NCBI GenBank assembly: GCA_951406725.2
Contig: OX597815.1
Location: forward strand, 201,996,001-202,060,000
DNA: 64,000 nucleotides
Reading direction: 5' to 3'
Origin: Octopus vulgaris
Taxonomy: Eukaryota
Shown here: piece after piece, positions 13,555-28,445 of the stretch
How the letters are laid out: the number at the start of each line of letters is the position of its first letter
Numbering within the stretch: the first letter of the stretch is position 1
The notes under the pieces: model-generated
Databases searched by the model: none
What the model was told of the DNA's origin: nothing
What the model saw: only the letters and a program-made list of their open reading frames with translations
Translations under genes and position numbers: made by a program

Positions 13555-14995
13555 CCTTGTTTTTCTTCCTCCCTCTTTACCCACACTAAAATCTCGTTTT
13601 GGCTCTCGTTTTGCTTGCAATTCCGCCGCCTTAGATGTCTGTGCATCTTCAACCACATCTTTGAAATCCAAGTAAATCATATGGTCCTCTTCTTCTTCAA
13701 CAGATTAGCCAGCATCCAAGACCACCACTTCGACGGCACTGCTACACTCATACTTGCATACATACCACTCCCAATGTCATTACCTTCGCTCTCTTTGTGT
13801 ATTAATCCCTGTCAGCGTTAGATCCTATGCTTCTTCGAGCTTCTTCGTATCCTCACCTTTGAATTAGTACTCTCATCTAAGAACTCATTTCTCTCATCTG
13901 TGACATTTCAACCGTTCATCATTCAAACATGTACGCAGCCTACATAAAATACTGAGTTTTATCCCCTATATCATCTCGCCTCCTACCTTTCTCGACTCTT
14001 CTATTAGTCTTAAAACCTTTGAATTCACCTTCCTCACTGGACATATTTATCAATTCATCCGCCATTGACCTGACTGATCTGCTGAAGATCTTTGCGAGAT
14101 CCGTCTCGAAAACCAACCTTAGTTTTCTTGATACTTGTATTTTGCGGTTTACTTAACACGGTATTGTACCGTGTTTGCCATACACAGGGCATCCGAGTAA
14201 TTTAAGCTTCGCAAAGTATTTTATTTTATCCTAAGCCTCTTTCAGCCTAAATTCACCATTCCACGCCTTTCAACAATCTTCGAAGCATTAACACTGCGCT
14301 TACAAGTGATGTTATTCTCCATCTCTTGCATCTCATATATGCCTTATAACAAAGCACCAACGTATCCTAGCAGCTCTTTGATACTTCCACCCGCATACAC
14401 ACATAAATGAAAGCGCATACACAGTGAATAATTGCAACTCTGAATTCCTGACGCGCATAATATAAACAAACGCTATCACATACAAAGACGTAAGCTCCAA
14501 CTATTTGCCAAATATTGAGATTTGCACAACCGATGACCTTGAACAACATGACCATTCATCCGTATGGACAGATTCCTCCACCCCGATACATTATCATTGG
14601 CAGGTACATCCAGACACTCACACAAAGATATGTGGGCATAAGAGGCATACAAAATCACACTCATGTGCAGTCACGAATAGATGCTCAATACACTGTGGAC
14701 CACTCGCATAAGAAAATGACACCTTCAAAAATCTCATATACAGATTCATACTAGCACATCAAACAAAGGTCTGGCCTTTTATTCCCACTTCATTCTTAAA
14801 ATACTCTTTTCATCAACCATCCCACTTCCGATGCATCAATGAGTATCATGTAGATCGACTCCTCAAGTGTACTTCAGGATTTGCACTCATTATTATTATT
14901 TTCTTCCGTTTTCTTTTCTTTGATACTTTTTTCAGTTTCTCTTTGTTTTTGACCCCTGCTTTCTGACAACCCAAAGATCGGCCGAAGAGTTTTAG
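13555..14995 (+). pseudogene. Highly decayed Penelope-like element (RT thumb, probable GIY-YIG remnant, pLTR-like end), with an unrelated insert at about 14370-14750
   Basis: Reads FSSSLFTHTKISFWLSFCLQFRRLRCLCIFNHIFEIQ, resembling the Penelope SSHPxHTKxSIPYSQFLRLRRLCS motif. Weak TSDVI..ISC near 14300. Ends in a degenerate ctgacaacc..ggccgaa motif. Confidence 0.6.
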
Positions 14996-16951
14996 CAATT
15001 AACGAATTCCCTCTTTCAGTCCCTTGTAGCAAAGCTACTAATATTGATTGTAAATTTATCGGTTTTGTTTTGCTTATACTTTGTTATTCAAATTTATAAA
15101 CACATACTCACACAAAGTACACATATACATATATTCAAATGCATAAATACACACACACACGCAAAAACACACATATAGTTTGCGTTTGTGTGACTACGTA
15201 TAAAAATTATATAATGAATACATTTTAATATGTATCAACTGAATGATGCGTTAAATATTTGTGGTTGATATGGATACTGTTTCTATTATACATTTGTATC
15301 ATTGATAGGTTTGCATAGGTTGCGATTCAAACATGTGTAAAATATATAGAATATGAAGTATGTAATTTACACAAGTGTAGAGCGCACAAAATTTGACAGA
15401 GTCGAAACGATTCCGTATTTTATTTATTTTCTAAATTTATATATTTATTCAATTATTTGTTTTCTTTTTAAGCAATCTAAATTACGATGGTGTATAGAAT
15501 TGCGTAGACCAAAATAATATTCTTTTTTAACCACGTTTGGCTCCTAATACGATATTTCTATTTCCGAATGTTTGCATTCTAATCTTGTTTACTTCAGGGA
15601 AATAAGACCATTTCAAAAGCAATTTAGTGAAGTACTATTAAATAAATAACGAAATTTACCGAGAGGAAAAAAAAGAATAACATGAAAATAAAATTAAGAA
15701 AAAAATATTGCAAAATTAAACAAAACAAAGATGAAGAAAAAAGAAGGAAAAAGTAGACATTGTAAAAATAAGCTAGAAAAGAACAGATGATGAATAAAAT
15801 AAGTAGACAATGTTGGAAATATAGTGTTAAACAAAAATAATAACAAAAAAACATTTCATATCACGCTGTTTCTTGTGTTAAAACTAAGGGAGGTAAACGG
15901 AAAAAGAAAACAAGAAATGACAACAGCAAAAATAGCAGCAGAAACATCAGCCGCTATAACTACATTTGCTATAACAAGAACAAAAACAAAGCAAACAACA
16001 AAAGCATCATCATCAAGAACATAAACGATTGTAACCACAAAAAGACAGAAATAACAAGAAAGCTAATACAAAGTCATGATATAGGAGAAGAAACAAACAA
16101 AATATATGTGAGAAATATTGGAGAAAGAAAGAGAAAATATGGAAGAAAAAAGAGCTGCGGAAGTGGAAAGGAAAATAGCAAGTAAAAGAAATGTTTGAGA
16201 GAGGGGTAAAGAGAATGGCGAAAGAAAAAGGAAAGAAATCTACTGGCTGCTAGAAACATATATCAGAAGACTAAATGGCGGCAATATACCATTCCAAAGT
16301 GTTAGCATGAATATTTGTGTGTGTTTCGAAATTCTAGTTATCGCCAAAGTCATAACACATATCACACCGAGAAATATGTGTTAGATGGAACTGTCAACGC
16401 TGGTAAAATGAAGAATGAGATGACAAGATTTCGGTAAATGATGAAGGAGATTGGCAACAATACTCGACAGGGGTCACAGCACACTATCTTTGTAGACCGA
16501 CTGATTACGAAAGCAGTGAGTTTGGAAAACGGAAGAAATGAAAGAAATAACTAACAATATAGAAGGAAAAATAACAACATATAATAAACAAAACAGACAA
16601 AACAAAATAGAAAAAGACGAAAAAATCTGACTACAACAATAAATGCAGAGAGGAGAGAGACGATGTGGGAGAAAGATTGATATCGTGTTAAACTACCTTA
16701 CTGTACAAATATATTTATATTCTCATTTGTTTGAGAAATATGGGTTTGTGTTGGCACAAGCTTATAAAAAAAAAGTAAGGTTTTTAACACGGGGAATGTT
16801 TATTCGTGTATCCTAACGGAAAAGTGGAATGTGAATCCTTGAGTAGGTTTTCTTATATATGAAAAGTCCCTAATGCGCAATTAAGAACATACACGCAGAC
16901 ACATAGACACACACATACTTAATGTAGCATGCATGTGTAAGTTTTTATTTA

Positions 16952-16983
<32 letters not shown>

Positions 16984-17017
16984 ACGTTATATTGTATCAT
17001 ATGATATTATATTATAT

Positions 17018-17050
<33 letters not shown>

Positions 17051-17740
17051 ACATTATATTATATATGCATGGAGCATAGCAAAAATATATCACACGTGAC
17101 GGAAAATGTGTTCTTATATGATTATCTGAATACAAATACATATACGTAATTTTAAGTATGTGCAGAGAACGATGAATGTATGTGTATGAAATTAAATACA
17201 TGAATAATATATTGTATATGCTATAAGAATCATATAATTATATTATTGTTTAAATATGAAAATATTTCAAGAGTATCATGTGCTAAGAATTATCTTTATG
17301 AAAACTGAGACAATGAGAAAAATAATTCGAAATATAATAGGGTGATTCGGTAAAACTTATGAGGAAATTGTAAGGAGCGAACAGCTCAAAAAGAGGCAAA
17401 CACACTCGCACAGGTATGTTGGGTCACTGTCGCTGGTCGTTAAATATTCCCCACTTCGAATAAATGAGTTAAACACTTGTACAACCATGGGTATCCGTAA
17501 AGTAATTCTTTGGTTGTATCAACGTAATTGAACATGGAGACATCTTAGTTGCAAATTATTTCACCATTCGGTCATTCTGGAGCTACATACACAAAGACAT
17601 ACATTCAAACATATATGCATATGTGCATAAATTCATGTGTAAAGATATGCATATACACACATAAACAGACACCCACAGAGCCCCCACGCCCGCCTACGCG
17701 GAAACACAAACATATATGCATATATATATGCATATATATA

Positions 17741-17819
<79 letters not shown>

Positions 17820-17989
17820 TAGAAAAACGTTCCGTAACACTAACAAAGTATGTTCTTTGAATATGTACGATGTAATTTAAGGTTAAATAGTAATTCCATT
17901 TACGTTTGTGTAACAGATATTTTGGTTGGATTATAATCATTCGTGTTACATTACTTTCTATATTCTGTAACTGTCACAATATATTTTTT

Positions 17990-18125
17990 TCTGGGCCTTA
18001 AATTTTTGTGGGGAGAGGCCAGTTGATTAGATCGAATCCAGTACACAACTGGTACTTAATCTATCGACCCCAAAGGGACAAAACCTAAAGTCGACCTCAG
18101 CCGAATTCGAAATCAGAACGTAAGG
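17990..18125 (-). mobile_element. SINE family B fragment
   Basis: ctggtacttaatctatcgaccccaaaggg..aaagtcgacctcagccgaattcgaaatcagaacgta. Confidence 0.7.
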
Positions 18126-18226
18126 AAAGAGGGTCATATCATGCAAACATTTCTCATGGCACCAGTACAGTGTTTATAGATGCTTAATTTTTTTGTTTTC
18201 CAGGGAAATTTTCACAGGTCCAGCCA

Positions 18227-18399
<173 letters not shown>

Positions 18400-18549
18400 T
18401 TTATTTTGTGAGGGGTCTTTCGTTATACATTCTGTAACCTCTTCAAGGACTTTCTGTCTCACCTATCTCCTCTTGACCTACCTTTCTGACAGAAGAGAAA
18501 TCGTGTGACAAAACAATCTCTGACATATAAACGGGTTATAGTAGTAGTG

Positions 18550-18589
<40 letters not shown>

Positions 18590-18736
18590 CAGTAGTAGTA
18601 GTAGTAGTAATAGTAATAAACAGTGCGTTTGATTGGCAAAAGTTGATTATCCTTAAATATAACAATATTTGTTTCAACGCACGATTTTGCATTATATACC
18701 TTGCATAACAAATGCATATATGTGTGTATACTTATA

Positions 18737-18811
<75 letters not shown>

Positions 18812-18815
<4 letters not shown>

Positions 18816-19334
18816 ATCCTGAGAGTTAGGTGTCAACAAAACAGGGACAACAAAACATCCAGGCAGACGATACAAGGAAACAAGGATGGGTCATTGGGAG
18901 TTTTCTACCCTCAGTCAAGTTCCAGTTTATCTTTGCTATTTCGGCCGGTTCTAACTCGAGATTGCTCCAATCTGACCATCCCCAAAGAAAAACTAAGCTA
19001 AGATCATTAGGTTCCTTGGAAGAAAGCAGCGAATGTATACGATAACAAAGTCGGGAAAAAAATGGACAGAATGATACACAAATACAAAGGCAGATAAAAG
19101 TATATAACAACAGGTATCTTTCGACTAAGGACGAATTAAATTAATCTGGGTTGTGTGGAAGTGAAAACTTACGGCAGAGACATAAGACTTGACTGCTACT
19201 GGGAGGAATATAGATGTTCCACTGATGGCAGCCGAACCAAGAAAGAAAGGTCAGGCTTGGCCGAACAGCGGTCACGTGGGGAGAGAAGAGAGAGAAGTAG
19301 AGGCTGAGAGATACAAGAATTAAGGAAGGGAAAG

Positions 19335-19335
<1 letters not shown>
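18812..19335. repeat. Short interspersed non-coding repeat embedded between (TA)n tracts (Penelope-derived by inference)
   Basis: Sharp boundaries at (TA)n on both sides; no ORF with recognisable homology. Confidence 0.35.
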
Positions 19336-19367
<32 letters not shown>

Positions 19368-19486
19368 GTGTATATATATATATATGTATATGTATGTACA
19401 TATATGTATATATGCATATATATTTTATATTTATATTATGTATGTATGTGTATATATATATACGTGTGTGTGTGTGTGTATGTGTG

Positions 19487-19531
<45 letters not shown>

Positions 19532-19544
19532 CAATTTTGCATAG

Positions 19545-19691
19545 ATGCAAGAATGGCTGCGTGATAGGAAGCTTGCTTCCCAACCACATAGTTCCGGGGT
19601 TCAGTCCCAGTTCGTATCCCCTCGAACAAGTGTCTTCTACTATAGCTTCGGTCCGACCAAAGCCTATCGAGTGGAATATGAAAGAAACCTG

Positions 19692-19750
<59 letters not shown>

Positions 19751-19950
19751 TGTGTATATGTCCCCGTACCATCGCTTGTCTACCGATGTTGGTATGCTTA
19801 CCTCCACATAAACTAATCTAGCAATTCTGCTAAAAAAGACCGATAGAATAAGTACTAGGCTTACAAAGAATAAGTCCTGGGGTCAATTTGTTCAACTAAA
19901 GGCGTTGCATCAGCGTAGCTGCAGTCATATAACTGAAACAAGTACAATAA
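19545..19950 (+). mobile_element. SINE family A
   Basis: tRNA-like head (tggctgcgtgatagg..gggttcagtccc), internal (GT)n and family tail. Confidence 0.85.
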
Positions 19951-22900
19951 TAGACGAATAAACGAATGTGTAATAATTTGATTTGCTTCCAAGCCTGCAT
20001 GCCCCAAACCAGAGGTTTTATTTATTTATTTTTGTTTTCTTTTCCACCAGTAGGTTAATCGTACACGTTCTGTTATAGTTCCTTTTAAGTGATATTAAAT
20101 ATAGTTAAAGTGATATTTGAAGACGTATATTATGAACGAATCGATAACTTCATTCCCTGATTCAGTGGATGATCTTCGTAGGTGGATAAATTTTTGCATA
20201 AATAGTATCCCGGTGGAATCGAACTGAAATGCAGAAATTATAGAGAAAATGAAAGAAGCGGTCCGTTATTAGACATTGGCAACATTACCGATAAATCATC
20301 ACCTGATCAACATAAATATTTTATGCATCCGTCTATTAACCTGGCTGATCACTTACTATTAGTTTTCATTAAGAACTTATTTTGTGACATTAATGGCTTC
20401 TTTATCTGTGTGACAAATAAATCATGCTACATACGTAACAACTAAATATCTAGCAATTTAAAGTTTCATGTAATTAATTTAAGTCTTTGAGTATTTGTGT
20501 TGCCGTATGAAAATTTAAAAAATTAAAACTGCGCAGTGAACTGAAATGTACTTTTCCTTTTTGTGTGAAGTGTAAGACATGAAAAAGACAATTCAGAGAA
20601 TGTACACTATAAAAAATTATCAGAAACACATTTGTTTTTTAAATGTGTCACCTTAACTGTTCATTTTACATAATTTTTTTTTTATTATTAGCTCCGAACT
20701 TTCCAAATTGTCTTCTACGATTTTAAAATTTTGACTCGTTAACCAAGCGGTGAATATTTTCATTTGTAATGTCTTAAATAGTGATATCAAGATTGAAGGT
20801 GGCAAACCAAGAGCGAAAATGATAAATGATATATTAAGAGAAACAATGAAAAAAGAGCAAGAAAGTACAACCCAGTGAATTCGATATCATTAGCTGAAGT
20901 TTTAGACTAAACAATTCAGCAAACAAAATAAAGAATAACGGCTAGAAGAGCAGGTGAAATTTTGTCACATCAAATTTTCACTTCATAAACATTATTTTGC
21001 AAATGAAAATTCATCGCAGCTTCTTGCTTTTATTCTCAAAACCTGAACAGCCCTGCGAAAATTGTGGTGTGAAAAATCTGCTTTTTGTTAGCAACAGTAA
21101 ATGAATTAAATTGTAGCGTTAGGTTGCCGAAAACTTACCTAGTCGATTGAATAGGAGAAGAACAGCCGGCTGATATATTGTTAATTTACACATAAACGAT
21201 TGACACAAGCTCACTAATATGGTGATAGCTTTTTTTATGTTAAAAGCTAAATGCCTAAATGCCTATTTTGTGTTGTGTTTGCTCATTTTAATAGTGATTG
21301 CAAATTTCACAAGTGTTTGTTTCGTCTTCCATGAATCTGATTTTGATAGAATAAATATCGCTAATATAAATAAGTTCTTTTGGAGTAATAATGGAAATTT
21401 CAAAAAAATACCTACAAGTTTATCGGCTGTGTAAACAATTACACCTCACCCAACACATAGATACTCTCTTTGTCCTCATGCTAATCAATTAGAGCCATTA
21501 AAATAAGTGTATTCCTATTTGTATGGCTTCAGAATGTTAACCGCTACTAAACCTTAGTAAACATAAATTCGTATTTAAATTACGCATGAGGTTAAAGCTG
21601 GCGATGAAAACACTGTGGAAAAAAAAGGGGAAAATGAAAGAAAAGAAATCAGTGAATCTAAAACAAAATACACTCACACAGGTATTAGTATTAAAAGTAG
21701 CTATATGTACCCGCTATTTATGTTATCATCGAAAGTAAATTTTATAAATTCGATCAACTCTAATATCGATTTTGTTCACGTTTTCACAAGATAAATAAAT
21801 ACTAACATGATGGGTTAATTTAGACATTAACAACAACAACAGTAACAGCAAGAACAAATAGAACAACAACAATAAATATTTTAATAGGACCATTTTGAAT
21901 AAATATAACGTGTACAGAACACTCTTCCCTAAGTTGTCTAGTTAAGAGAGGACACTGAATCGTAATTGATATAGTCGCAATTGTCTAACGGACTACCAAT
22001 GAGTTTATTGGTACATTGAACAAACAAAACACAATAAAGTGAAGTATTTCAAAAATTCTTATTTTAATTTTAATGCAATACAGAATCAGCTCATAAATTC
22101 AATTCAGTCAGTTGATCTGCTATACACATTTATGCATGCAAGTAGATAGTTATGGTGAGTGTGTAATATGTGTGTATGTGTGTGTGTGTGTTTGGGAGGC
22201 TTATATCAAAAGTAATACAAATATGTCGTACATTTTTATATTAAAAACCTAAGTGTTTTCGAATAGCACACATTGGTAAATACAAACTACCTCTGATATC
22301 ATTCTTCTTCCTATTATTAACAAATACGGTCTTCCATGGTGCCATTAACTTGTTGTAGAATAGGTTATCGTTGACATCCCCAGAAGGCAAGATATTTAAA
22401 GTAAAAAAAAGCCATTGAATACTTTGCATAAATGAATAAAATTTAAAATTGGTAAAACTAGCATTGGAAACAAGAAAAAAAGCATACTATGGGATACAAC
22501 TGGGTACAACCGCCGGTGCGAATCGCCGTAAAGGGAATGAATTGATTCACGTAGGCCAATAAGTCACAATCTTGACGCACGGCTTAATTTGGCCACAGTC
22601 GATTACAAGTGTTGATGGAAGTTGTGGTTATTGATGTGTGTAGAATACATAATTCTACGGTAGACACCGTTTTGAGGTAGAGGTGCTGGAAAATTTATTC
22701 TGATATGCTGGAAGCATTTGAAGCCGATCTGGTGACTGTGAATGATACGTAGTCGTATTTCTAAAATCGAAAAATGAGACTTCATGAATGAAATGGTCTA
22801 AAATTTATTTTTCCAAACACTTATGAATATCAGTGATATATATATATATATATATACATATAAAGTTATGGTGGCTGTCTTCTAGCACGGTAAGGGTATT

Positions 22901-23362
22901 TCTGTTTTATTTTATTCTACTTTAGTTTTTAGAATATGGTTGTGACATAAGTAATTAACAGCATACTGAAACACTTAAAATGGCATGAGAATGAACAGAC
23001 TGTGTACGAATCTGAGAACGATGTACATTCATTATGAACATGCGTGATACTACACAACTTTAGCAATCAGGAAAAGGCCTGCTTCATAGCCTTCACCTGT
23101 GAAGAACATCTTTCGCAGACAGACAATTATGGCACAGACGAAGCAGAGAGATGCTGGTGTAGTTCTTATCTGAATCTGTTCAATAAATATTCAGGTCTTG
23201 AGTTTAAATGTGGTGCAATTGTAACACAGTTAATAAAGATTATGTCGTGTTATACATTTATATGGAAGAAGCGTTGCGCAATTTGAAAATTTTATGGCAG
23301 TTATACCGACTTTTACATTATCTTCTATAAAGTACCCGAATGTATGTTTATATACATAATAC

Positions 23363-23365
<3 letters not shown>

Positions 23366-23454
<89 letters not shown>
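23366..23454 (+). repeat. (GT)n microsatellite
   Basis: Direct reading. Confidence 0.95.
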
Positions 23455-23457
<3 letters not shown>

Positions 23458-23708
23458 AAGTATTGATATATAGTTGGAATTTACAAAACACAAAAAGACG
23501 AAGACAGGTGTGTAAACAAGAAATAGGTGTATTAGTCTATCGCTCGGGAAGATGAGAAAATCTTTTCCGCTTCGAGCCTACGCTCTTCAACAGAGAGGAA
23601 CACGAGAAAATAAACGGGGAATGAAAAGAAGAAAGCTTTAGTGGCTAGCGGTCGATCATGACGATGGCCGGACATATATTGATATATGTATATACCTGTA
23701 TGTGTGTG

Positions 23709-23776
<68 letters not shown>

Positions 23777-25861
23777 TAATAATAATATAAGAATGCCTAT
23801 TATTATTGATTTAATATATAAATTACCTATAAATTTTTATAGCATATTGACCACCTGATAAAAATCATTAATGTGAGTTTTATCCATATATTCTATTCTA
23901 TTGTATATATACATATATATATAGAAGCCTGTGTATATATGCACTGTGAATGTTGGTTTAATTTTTGTTAATTTGTTGTTTTCTGCTGTAGATCTGTGTA
24001 AATTAGCTTGTACAAATGTTTAACGTATTCCGCACACGACAAGGCCTTGTGTTTCACTTTTGCTCCAGGTCGCACGTTTTGATCTTAAGAATAGAATCTA
24101 CTCCAGTATATTTTTAAATGTTTGAAAGGTATGATTCGCTTGTGTCTAAAATATTTTGCGAAGGTAGTATACACGCAAACAAGTCATCATTAATTTCGTG
24201 TGGTAACTGTATCACACACACACATATACTCCTGTATATTGTATATCATGCCCGTGTGTGTTTGTGTGTGTCTGTGTGTCTGTGTATGTGTTTTTGCGTG
24301 TATTTGTGTATGCGTGTGTGTGTGTTTAGTCCTGTGTATGTGAAATGCCTGTCTACATATTTATGTGATTGTACAAATTTCCTTGCAGCTATTCTTAAAC
24401 TAGACGAAATTCACTGTTTATTTTCGTTCACTCCGAAGCAATATCAGTTCAGTTGATACTTTTACGATTTATTTCAAGTAGCTGTGCAAACTCTATATAC
24501 AGTTTCTTATTACACCTCTCTGTTTGAAATATCAGCTAATATGTCATATGCATTGTCTTTTCAAATACATGATGAGAACTGTATTATCATTGTCAAATAT
24601 ATGTATATCCTCTTATATATATAATATATATATATATAATATATATATATATATGGAGAGAGAGAAAGAATATTTTTTATTAATCCAAACAAGTACAAAT
24701 ATAGAAGCAATGAAATTCAAAATGCACAGAGAATATATTAAAATCAATTAGAATTTAATGATATTTTTTTAAATTTAGAAAATACACTTGAACAGTTTTA
24801 TATTAGATTTTTAAAAGTGCATAGTATATGGGGATATATCACGAATTATGACTTATCTGGGAGTTTGTATAAAATCTGTTGGTTTTCAAAGAAATAAACT
24901 GGCCGAGAACGCTATCCGCTAATACAAATTGGTTGATCAGCATTCGTGAGTTATGCTCATGTGATAGTCGAGCAAGAAGGCCGTGTAGAAGCTTTTGCTT
25001 CATATGATAGTTCGAAAACAGATATTTATTTTGCAGTGTTTCCTCTCTTATTTTTTTAAGTGATATTTTTTAAGAAACAATAAATAAATAAAACAAAAAT
25101 ATTGACACACTATTTGATGAACAATTTCAAAAATTTATTTTGATCTAAATTTTTCCGAACACCTACAATTTCATTTATCGCAGCCTTTGTTTGCTAGCTA
25201 GTCACATATCTGATTTAATGCTATACTGTTTTCTCAAATATATTAAGTGAACATTTGCCTGCCTTATTAAATACAGTAAAGGATTGTAATCTCCGATAAC
25301 GTTGTCGGATGGTTTTCTTTGAAGTTGATAAAATATTTTAACACCTTTTTCATTTATTGCTAATTTGTCACTTTCAGCAACAGTTAAGAAATTGAGATTT
25401 TTCTTCACCCTTAGGCAAACAAGTCGACATATTTCGACCATATTCTTAAGCTTTCCAATACGTTTTGCTGTATCAGTGCATTTGGAAACAACTAGCCAAA
25501 TTGTAAAGAGTAAGGTTAGATATAGAACGTGATAGTCTTCATGTAGTTTATTGTTCTATAAATCTTTTATAAAATGTTTTCTGGAGAATATTTGTCATAC
25601 TTATGTACTTCATGTACCCAAATTTTCATTTGAGCATGAGAAGCTTCTCTCTTTTAATTGATCTAGTCTCAAAAGCTTTTGTGTAATGTCATCACAAAAT
25701 GAACTAGAAGTTGCCGAAAACACTTTATTAACTTTAGCTTTTGTAATCTGCGATAACAATGATCACTAACAAAAAGAACATCATTTATACACATAGTGCA
25801 TGTTTTGATACCTTGAAGATCTCCGTCTTCCCTTCTCTGGATCTTTCCTTTTCCTATGTTT

Positions 25862-25889
25862 CTGACGAAGAGCTACGCTCGAAACGTTA
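25862..25889 (+). ncRNA. Minimal type I hammerhead-ribozyme-like motif in a Penelope-type short repeat
   Basis: CUGACGA-A-GAGC-uac-GCUC-GAA-ACGU-UA: core boxes, 4-bp stem II and palindromic stem III. Stem I is degenerate in this copy. Confidence 0.5.
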
Positions 25890-25974
25890 AGCCCTCCATC
25901 TTCCCTTCCTTCCTGAGCGTCCAATAATACTATATTTGTTCCACGTCCTCGCGTTGTTGTGTTTTCATGTTTGG

Positions 25975-25980
<6 letters not shown>

Positions 25981-26030
<50 letters not shown>

Positions 26031-26065
26031 TATAGATATAGATAGGTAGGTAGATATATAGATAT

Positions 26066-26103
<38 letters not shown>

Positions 26104-26111
26104 TGGTAGGT

Positions 26112-26148
<37 letters not shown>

Positions 26149-26173
26149 TAGATAGATAGATAGATAGATAGAC

Positions 26174-26260
<87 letters not shown>

Positions 26261-26340
26261 AAGAAAGAGAGAGAGAGAGATGGGTAGATGAATGCATGGA
26301 TGGATGGATGGATGGATAGATAGATACATCGATAGATATA
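25981..26340 (+). repeat. Compound (TA)n/(GATA)n/(GA)n/(GGAT)n microsatellite
   Basis: Direct reading. Confidence 0.95.
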
Positions 26341-26597
26341 CTTATATGTATATATACAGCCATAAGTACATACATGCATACATCTATGCATACACACACA
26401 ATACATACATATATACATAGAAATGATGTCAAACCAGTGAAACATATTGCGAAAGCATCAAATGCATAAGCCTCAGAACTGCATAATATATAATAGGGAA
26501 TACACCCCATTACTCGAAACATTTTTAAATTAGTCAGTCCGAACAACACGCAGATATCTAACAAAGATTTGGAGTAGATTTTTTAATTCACTCGTGT

Positions 26598-26820
26598 GAA
26601 GAAGAAGAAGAAGAAGAAGAAGAAGAAGAAGAAGAAGAAGAAGAAGAAGAAGAAGAAGAAGAAGAAGAAGAAGAAGAAGAAGAAGAAGAAGAAGAAGAAG
26701 AAGAAGAAGAAGAAGAAGAAGAAGAAGAAGAAGAAGAAGAAGAAGAAGAAGAAGAAGAAGAAGAAGAAGAAGAAGAAGAAGAAGAAGAAGAAGAAGAAGA
26801 AGAAGAAGAAGAAGAAGAAG
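26598..26820 (+). repeat. Pure (GAA)n microsatellite, about 74 units
   Basis: Direct reading. Confidence 0.98.
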
Positions 26821-27254
26821 GGGGCAAATAAAAAAGGAAACTAATTGTAGTAGACCAAGATTTAGCGATAAAAACAAACAACTTGAGGAAAATATATTGG
26901 CGGGAATGTCCAGGGAAAATGGCCGAAGTTGGCACTGGAAGAATATAAGAAATGGAAGAATGACCAGGTTGTAAGATTGAAATAACGTGCCCGGTGGAGC
27001 TTCTAAAGAATGTTTGAATTTTATGGGCAGCAAGGTTTATCAGAAGAGTTTTAAGCACTTGAAAGGCTGCCGAAAAATTGTGGATGCCTAGGGTAACATG
27101 TACTAACCCGTTAACTACATAAATCGTACCAGTAATAGGAACAAATCTCAGATCTGCTTCAATAATAATAATATCAACCACAACAGCAACAACAATAATG
27201 ACTAGAGCACTCAGATAGCGCAAACCTCCGCCAAAGTACCACCAACGTTTTCTC

Positions 27255-27375
27255 AGTGATCCCGAAAGGAAGAAACGCAAATTTGACGTTAGCGGAATTT
27301 GCACTCACAACGTAAAGACGGAAGAAATGCCGCTAAGCATTTTACCAGTGCGGTAACGATGGTACAAAATCGCCA
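27255..27375 (-). mobile_element. SINE family B head fragment
   Basis: gcggaatttgcactcacaacgtaaagacggaagaaatgccgctaagcatttt. Confidence 0.65.
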
Positions 27376-28193
27376 ATTTAATAACAATAATACTAATGAT
27401 GATGATAATAACGAGAAGAGTAATAACAATACCTGTGGACATGTGTGTATGTGCGAGCACGAGCGTAGTGTAATTCCCGACTCAATTTCAGCGACACACA
27501 TTAAATTAGATAGCACTCTCAGAAAGCAGTATTGGTAAGACTTGAAGCCTATTTCTCATAAATAAATGCAAATTATAAGCCAGAGATGTTATGAAGACAC
27601 ATATTTGATTCATAGTTTGATGAATTTGGCTGACTAATAATGTGTTTATATCTATCAGCACCTACATTTTCAAGTCATACACGCTTGCTGTCATGTGATA
27701 AGCTTTATATATTATATATTATATAAAAGGGCTTAGTAAAATAAATTACTTTGCCGCATACTGAACTCATTAGAAATAGCAGCTAAAAAACTTTTTTAAA
27801 ACTATTTCCAATACTTAAAGAAAATCTCTCTCATATAGTGTTTGCTCAATTCAACTCACGAAAGTATGGGGGTAGAGACATTAAAAAATCAAATGCAAAG
27901 GTTATTTGAGAACGTACGTTTCAAGATTAGTCAAACTCGACACTTCTATCATCAGCTCAGAACTCCCTGGTTTGGATTTGAAAACACTGAAAGTGGGAGC
28001 ATACCCTTTCGGCTTCAATCGCTTCTGAAGACCTGCTCGAAACTAACAGTGCCAGCAAATTCAAATATGCAAGCGAAGAATTTCTGCTCTCCCCTTTCCA
28101 CCAGCGTGGGTTAAAATCAGTAAACACTGTGCTTTTTTCGGTAAAATCCGAGGCATTAAATAGAGAGAGATGAATTATAATTTCAACAATTGA

Positions 28194-28249
<56 letters not shown>

Positions 28250-28252
<3 letters not shown>

Positions 28253-28423
28253 TATATGGGTACAGGACGTAACAAACAGTAAAAACAGTAAAGAGTATGA
28301 AGTACGAAAATATATTATTTGAATACGCAAACAACGAGTGAAACAAATGGAAAACAGGACAAGTAACATAAAGAGTGACGCTTCATCAGTTGTCGGCTGC
28401 CTATCTACTCCTTAGTTCGAGCG
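28250..28423 (-). repeat. Short repeat embedded in (TA)n; second copy at about 55135-55250 (plus)
   Basis: Reverse complement gctcgaa..cagccgacaactgatgaa..ctttatgttacttgt matches gctcgaaa..cagccgacaactaatgaa..ctttatgttacttgt. Confidence 0.65.
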
Positions 28424-28445
28424 TATATATATATATATATATAAA

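Noticed and set aside
26821-27150. Possible RTE LINE C-terminal remnant (LEENILAGM..)
   Set aside because: Similarity is too short and degenerate to support a call.
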